From positions 4,650,001 through 4,714,000 of the forward strand of contig NC_092000.1 in assembly GCF_044704955.1 (NCBI RefSeq): a DNA stretch of 64,000 nt. The letters are read 5' to 3'. Under the pieces are notes generated by a model. That model saw nothing but the letters and a program-made list of their open reading frames with translations. It was not told the DNA's origin and made no database searches. This document shows, piece by piece, positions 61,297 to 64,000 of the stretch; position 1 is the stretch's first letter, and each line of letters starts with the position of its first letter. Source of the DNA: Pristiophorus japonicus. Its lineage: Eukaryota. A program made the position numbers and the translations under genes.

Positions 61297-62262
61297 TGTC
61301 AGCCGTGGCTCAGTGAACAGCACACTCGCCTCCGAGTCAGAAGGCGGTGGGGTTCAAGTCCCACTCCAGAGACTGGAGTGCATAAATCTAGGCTAACACT
61401 TCAGTGCAGTACTGAGGGAGCGCCGCACTGTCAGAGGAGCAGTACTGAGGGAGTGCCACACCGTCGGAGGGGCAGTGCTGAGGGAGCGCCGCACTGTCGG
61501 AGGAGCAGTACTGAGGGAGTGCCACACCGTCGGAGGGGCGGTGCTGAGGGAGCGCCGCACTGTCGGAGGGGCAGTACTGAGGGAGCGCCGCACTGTCGGG
61601 GCGGCGCTGAGGGAGCGCCGCACTGTCAGAGGGGCAGTGCTGAGGGAGCGCCGCACTGTCAGAGGGGCAGTACTGAGGGAGCCCCGCACTGTCGGAGGGG
61701 CAGTGCTGAGGGAGCGCCGCACTGTCGGAGGGGCAGTGCTGAGGGAGCGCCGCACTGTCGGAGGGGCAGTACTGAGGGAGCCCCGCACTGTCGGAGGGGC
61801 AGTACTGAGGGAGCGTCGCACTGTCGGAGGGGCAGTACTGAGGGAGTGCCACACTGTCGGAGGGGCAGTACTGAGGGAGCGCCGCACTGTCGGAGGGGCA
61901 GTACTGAGGGAGCGCCGGCCGCACTGTCGGAGGGGCAGTGCTGAGGGAGCCCCGTACTGTCGGAGGGGCAGTGCTGAGGGAGCGCCGCACTGTCGGAGGG
62001 GCGGTGCTGAGGGAGCGCCGCACTGTCGGAGGGGCAGTACTGAAGGAGCCCCGCACTGTCGGAGGGGCAGTACTGAGGGAGCGCCGCACTGTCGGAGGGG
62101 CAGTACTGAGGGAGCGCCGCACTGTTGGAGGGGCGGTGCTGAGGGAGCGCCGCACTGTCGGAGGGGCAGTGCTGAGGGAGCGCCGCACTGTCGGAGGGGC
62201 CGTTTTTCGGTTGAGACGTTAAACCGAGGCCCCGTCTGCTCTCTCAGGTGGACATGAAAGAT
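61297..62262 (+). mobile_element. tRNA-head DeuSINE-like SINE with the 33-bp unit expanded about 24 times (61406-62200)
   Basis: A-box tggctcagtg, B-box ggttcaagtcc, then the array, then gccgtttttcggttgagacgttaaaccgaggccccgtctg..caggtggac. Confidence 0.78.
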
Positions 62263-62331
62263 ATTTTCCTGGTCAAGTCGAGCTCTGCCCCAATAGGCCC
62301 CCGGCAGTGGGATTCAAATTGAACAACTTAC

Positions 62332-62408
62332 ACAGGCTCTTTGCCGAGGATGCGAAAGGCGGGGCTGCTCTCGGACAGCTTCTCTCGCTTCACAGGGTGG
62401 ATCTTCGC
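62332..62408 (-). CDS. TRMT1: TRMT1 exon
   Basis: tgcag|AKIHPVKREKLSESSPAFRILGKEP GT|gtaagt. Confidence 0.94.
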
Positions 62409-62643
62409 CTGCAGCAAAAACAGAGCAAAGATTAAACCCCGATTAACCCTTCCACATAACCCCCATCCCCCCACATTAACCCCTCACTGCCCAGAAAACA
62501 GCCGCTCGCCTCTAAATCCAGTGCCCGAGCTCACACATGTTTTTGGGCCTTCACGCACTAGCGTGCTGAATTCTTATTTCACTGTACCCCGCACCTAACC
62601 GTCGATATAATGTTAATCTCACACCGACAGATTGGCCTCTTAC

Positions 62644-62752
62644 CCAGCTCCTCATGACATCCCAGATCACCGAAGATGGTGCGTCGGTTTTCACTGCGTT
62701 TTTACAAGCGTGCGAGAGGGACACGCGATACCCAGCGTGGAGGAGGGCAGAC
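62644..62752 (-). CDS. TRMT1: TRMT1 exon
   Basis: taag|[37 protein letters not shown]|gtaaga. Confidence 0.96.
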
Positions 62753-62940
62753 CTTACAGGAGGGGGAATAGAGAGAGATTAAATCATTCCAGCAGGCCCA
62801 GTTCCTTCTGCCTTCTTTAAGCGTCCCCTGTTGCCCTCCCCACTACAGAGGCCGTCTGCTGGGAGTTTGATCATCAACCTCCCAACACCCTGGACCACGG
62901 TTCTCAAGAGGCGGAGGGAAGTTAAAACCGACAATCTTAC

Positions 62941-63026
62941 CTCATCTGCAGGAGGGATGGGGTACTGCAGTGGATCACGCTGCTCAGGTGGTCCATGGTG
63001 TGGTATAGAGGGCAGTCCGGCAACTC
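62941..63026 (-). CDS. TRMT1: TRMT1 exon (most 5' visible; the gene continues beyond the window)
   Basis: gtcag|[30 protein letters not shown]|gtaaga. Confidence 0.95.
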
Positions 63027-63429
63027 CTGACAAGAGAGAAACCAATGGGAGGTGAATCAACTGTGAATGGACCGCGTGACGCAGGCAAGAGCTGATCTGC
63101 CAGGTTACCCATCGCGCGACCGGGGCAGGGCTTAACCAAACACAACCTGCATCGTCAACCTGCACAGAGACAATCTCGTAGTATTAGGCAGACCCTCGTA
63201 TTGAAGATGATTTGCTTCTACACCAAAAAGGGATGAGTTCACAAGTGTTTCAATGAAGGACCTAATATTCCGGATCCCGAACTACATCCTGAAGGGTGGA
63301 AGATGCCTGTGAGTGGATTTTTTTAACGTGGGGTGACCGTTGCACACCAGCCACCACATGGGGCTTGACAGAGCGAGGTCTTGGTCCAGTGGCAAGGGTT
63401 AACCAGGACGTTTGGAGACTAAGACCAAG

Positions 63430-63820
63430 CACAGAGATAATCATCAAACAAATGGACACTGAGGTGAAGAGGGAGATACGAGTGGGTCGGTCACAGAGGT
63501 AGGTTTAAATGGGGAGGGGGAGGTAGGAATGGAAGAGTTTAGGGAGGGAATTCCAGAAGACAGAATCTAGTTGGCTGAAGGCACAGCTGCCAGTGATGGG
63601 GCAAAGGGGGCGTGGGGCATTGCACAAGAGGCCGGAGAATGATAGGCCGAGACTTCGGATTGGGGGTGGGAGGTGTGTGCAGAGATAGGGAGGGGCAGGG
63701 CCACGGAGGAATTTAAACACGAGTACAAGAGTTCTAATGGAGGTGTTGGGGGACAGGGATCCGGCGTACATCAGCGAGGGTGATGGGGAGCGGGGCTTGG
63801 TGTGGACGAGCTGGGGTTGA
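63430..63820 (-). mobile_element. Degenerate L2 3' fragment
   Basis: gagtttagggagggaattccaga...ctgaaggcacagc. Confidence 0.6.
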
Positions 63821-63847
63821 TGAGGGTGGAGGTACGCGAGCATTGGT

Positions 63848-64000
63848 ATAGACATAGAAAATAGGTGCAGGAGTGGGCCATTCGGCCCTTCGAGCCTGCA
63901 CCGCCATTTAATGAGTTCATGGCTGAACATGCAACTTCAGTACCCCCTTCCTGCTTTCTCGCCATACCCCTTGATCCCCCGAGTAGTAAGGACTTCATCT
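63848..64000 (-). mobile_element. CR1 3'UTR (continues past the window end)
   Basis: catagaaaataggtgcaggagt tail. Confidence 0.88.

Noticed and set aside
61297-61375. tRNA-like A/B boxes here and at 32849, 31190 and 51095
   Set aside because: These are SINE heads; no convincing cloverleaf, so they are not called tRNA genes.

Overview
Eukaryotic vertebrate genomic DNA, most likely from a cartilaginous fish (inferred from the repeat families and gene divergence). It is GC-rich and very repeat-dense. Genes read directly from the sequence: intronless IER2 (-, 233-1150), with an in-frame coding minisatellite and a dual-CArG promoter; divergently oriented 8-exon STX10 (+, 5374-30358, 252 aa), whose intron 2 is a U12-type AT-AC intron; the 3' half of MAN2B1 (+, 11 exons, 32125-47087; the 5' half is missing at an N-gap); and the convergent 3' end of TRMT1 (-, 6 exons, 63026-49414). 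One TRMT1 intron holds a very young, defective class I (gamma/epsilon-like) endogenous retrovirus (53728-59866). It has apparently identical 645-bp LTRs, a GCCG TSD and a tRNA-Gln PBS; the RT core is deleted, but a 664-codon RNaseH-integrase frame is open and env is truncated to SU only. The same intron holds a CR1 LINE whose tail now forms the exon's 3' splice site. The rest is CR1, L2, Tx1, RTE and Penelope-like fragments, SINEs and many intronic minisatellites, several expanded from inside SINEs or LINEs. Most long ORFs in the supplied track are repeat or N-gap artefacts. All calls were made by eye; no alignments or database searches were run.
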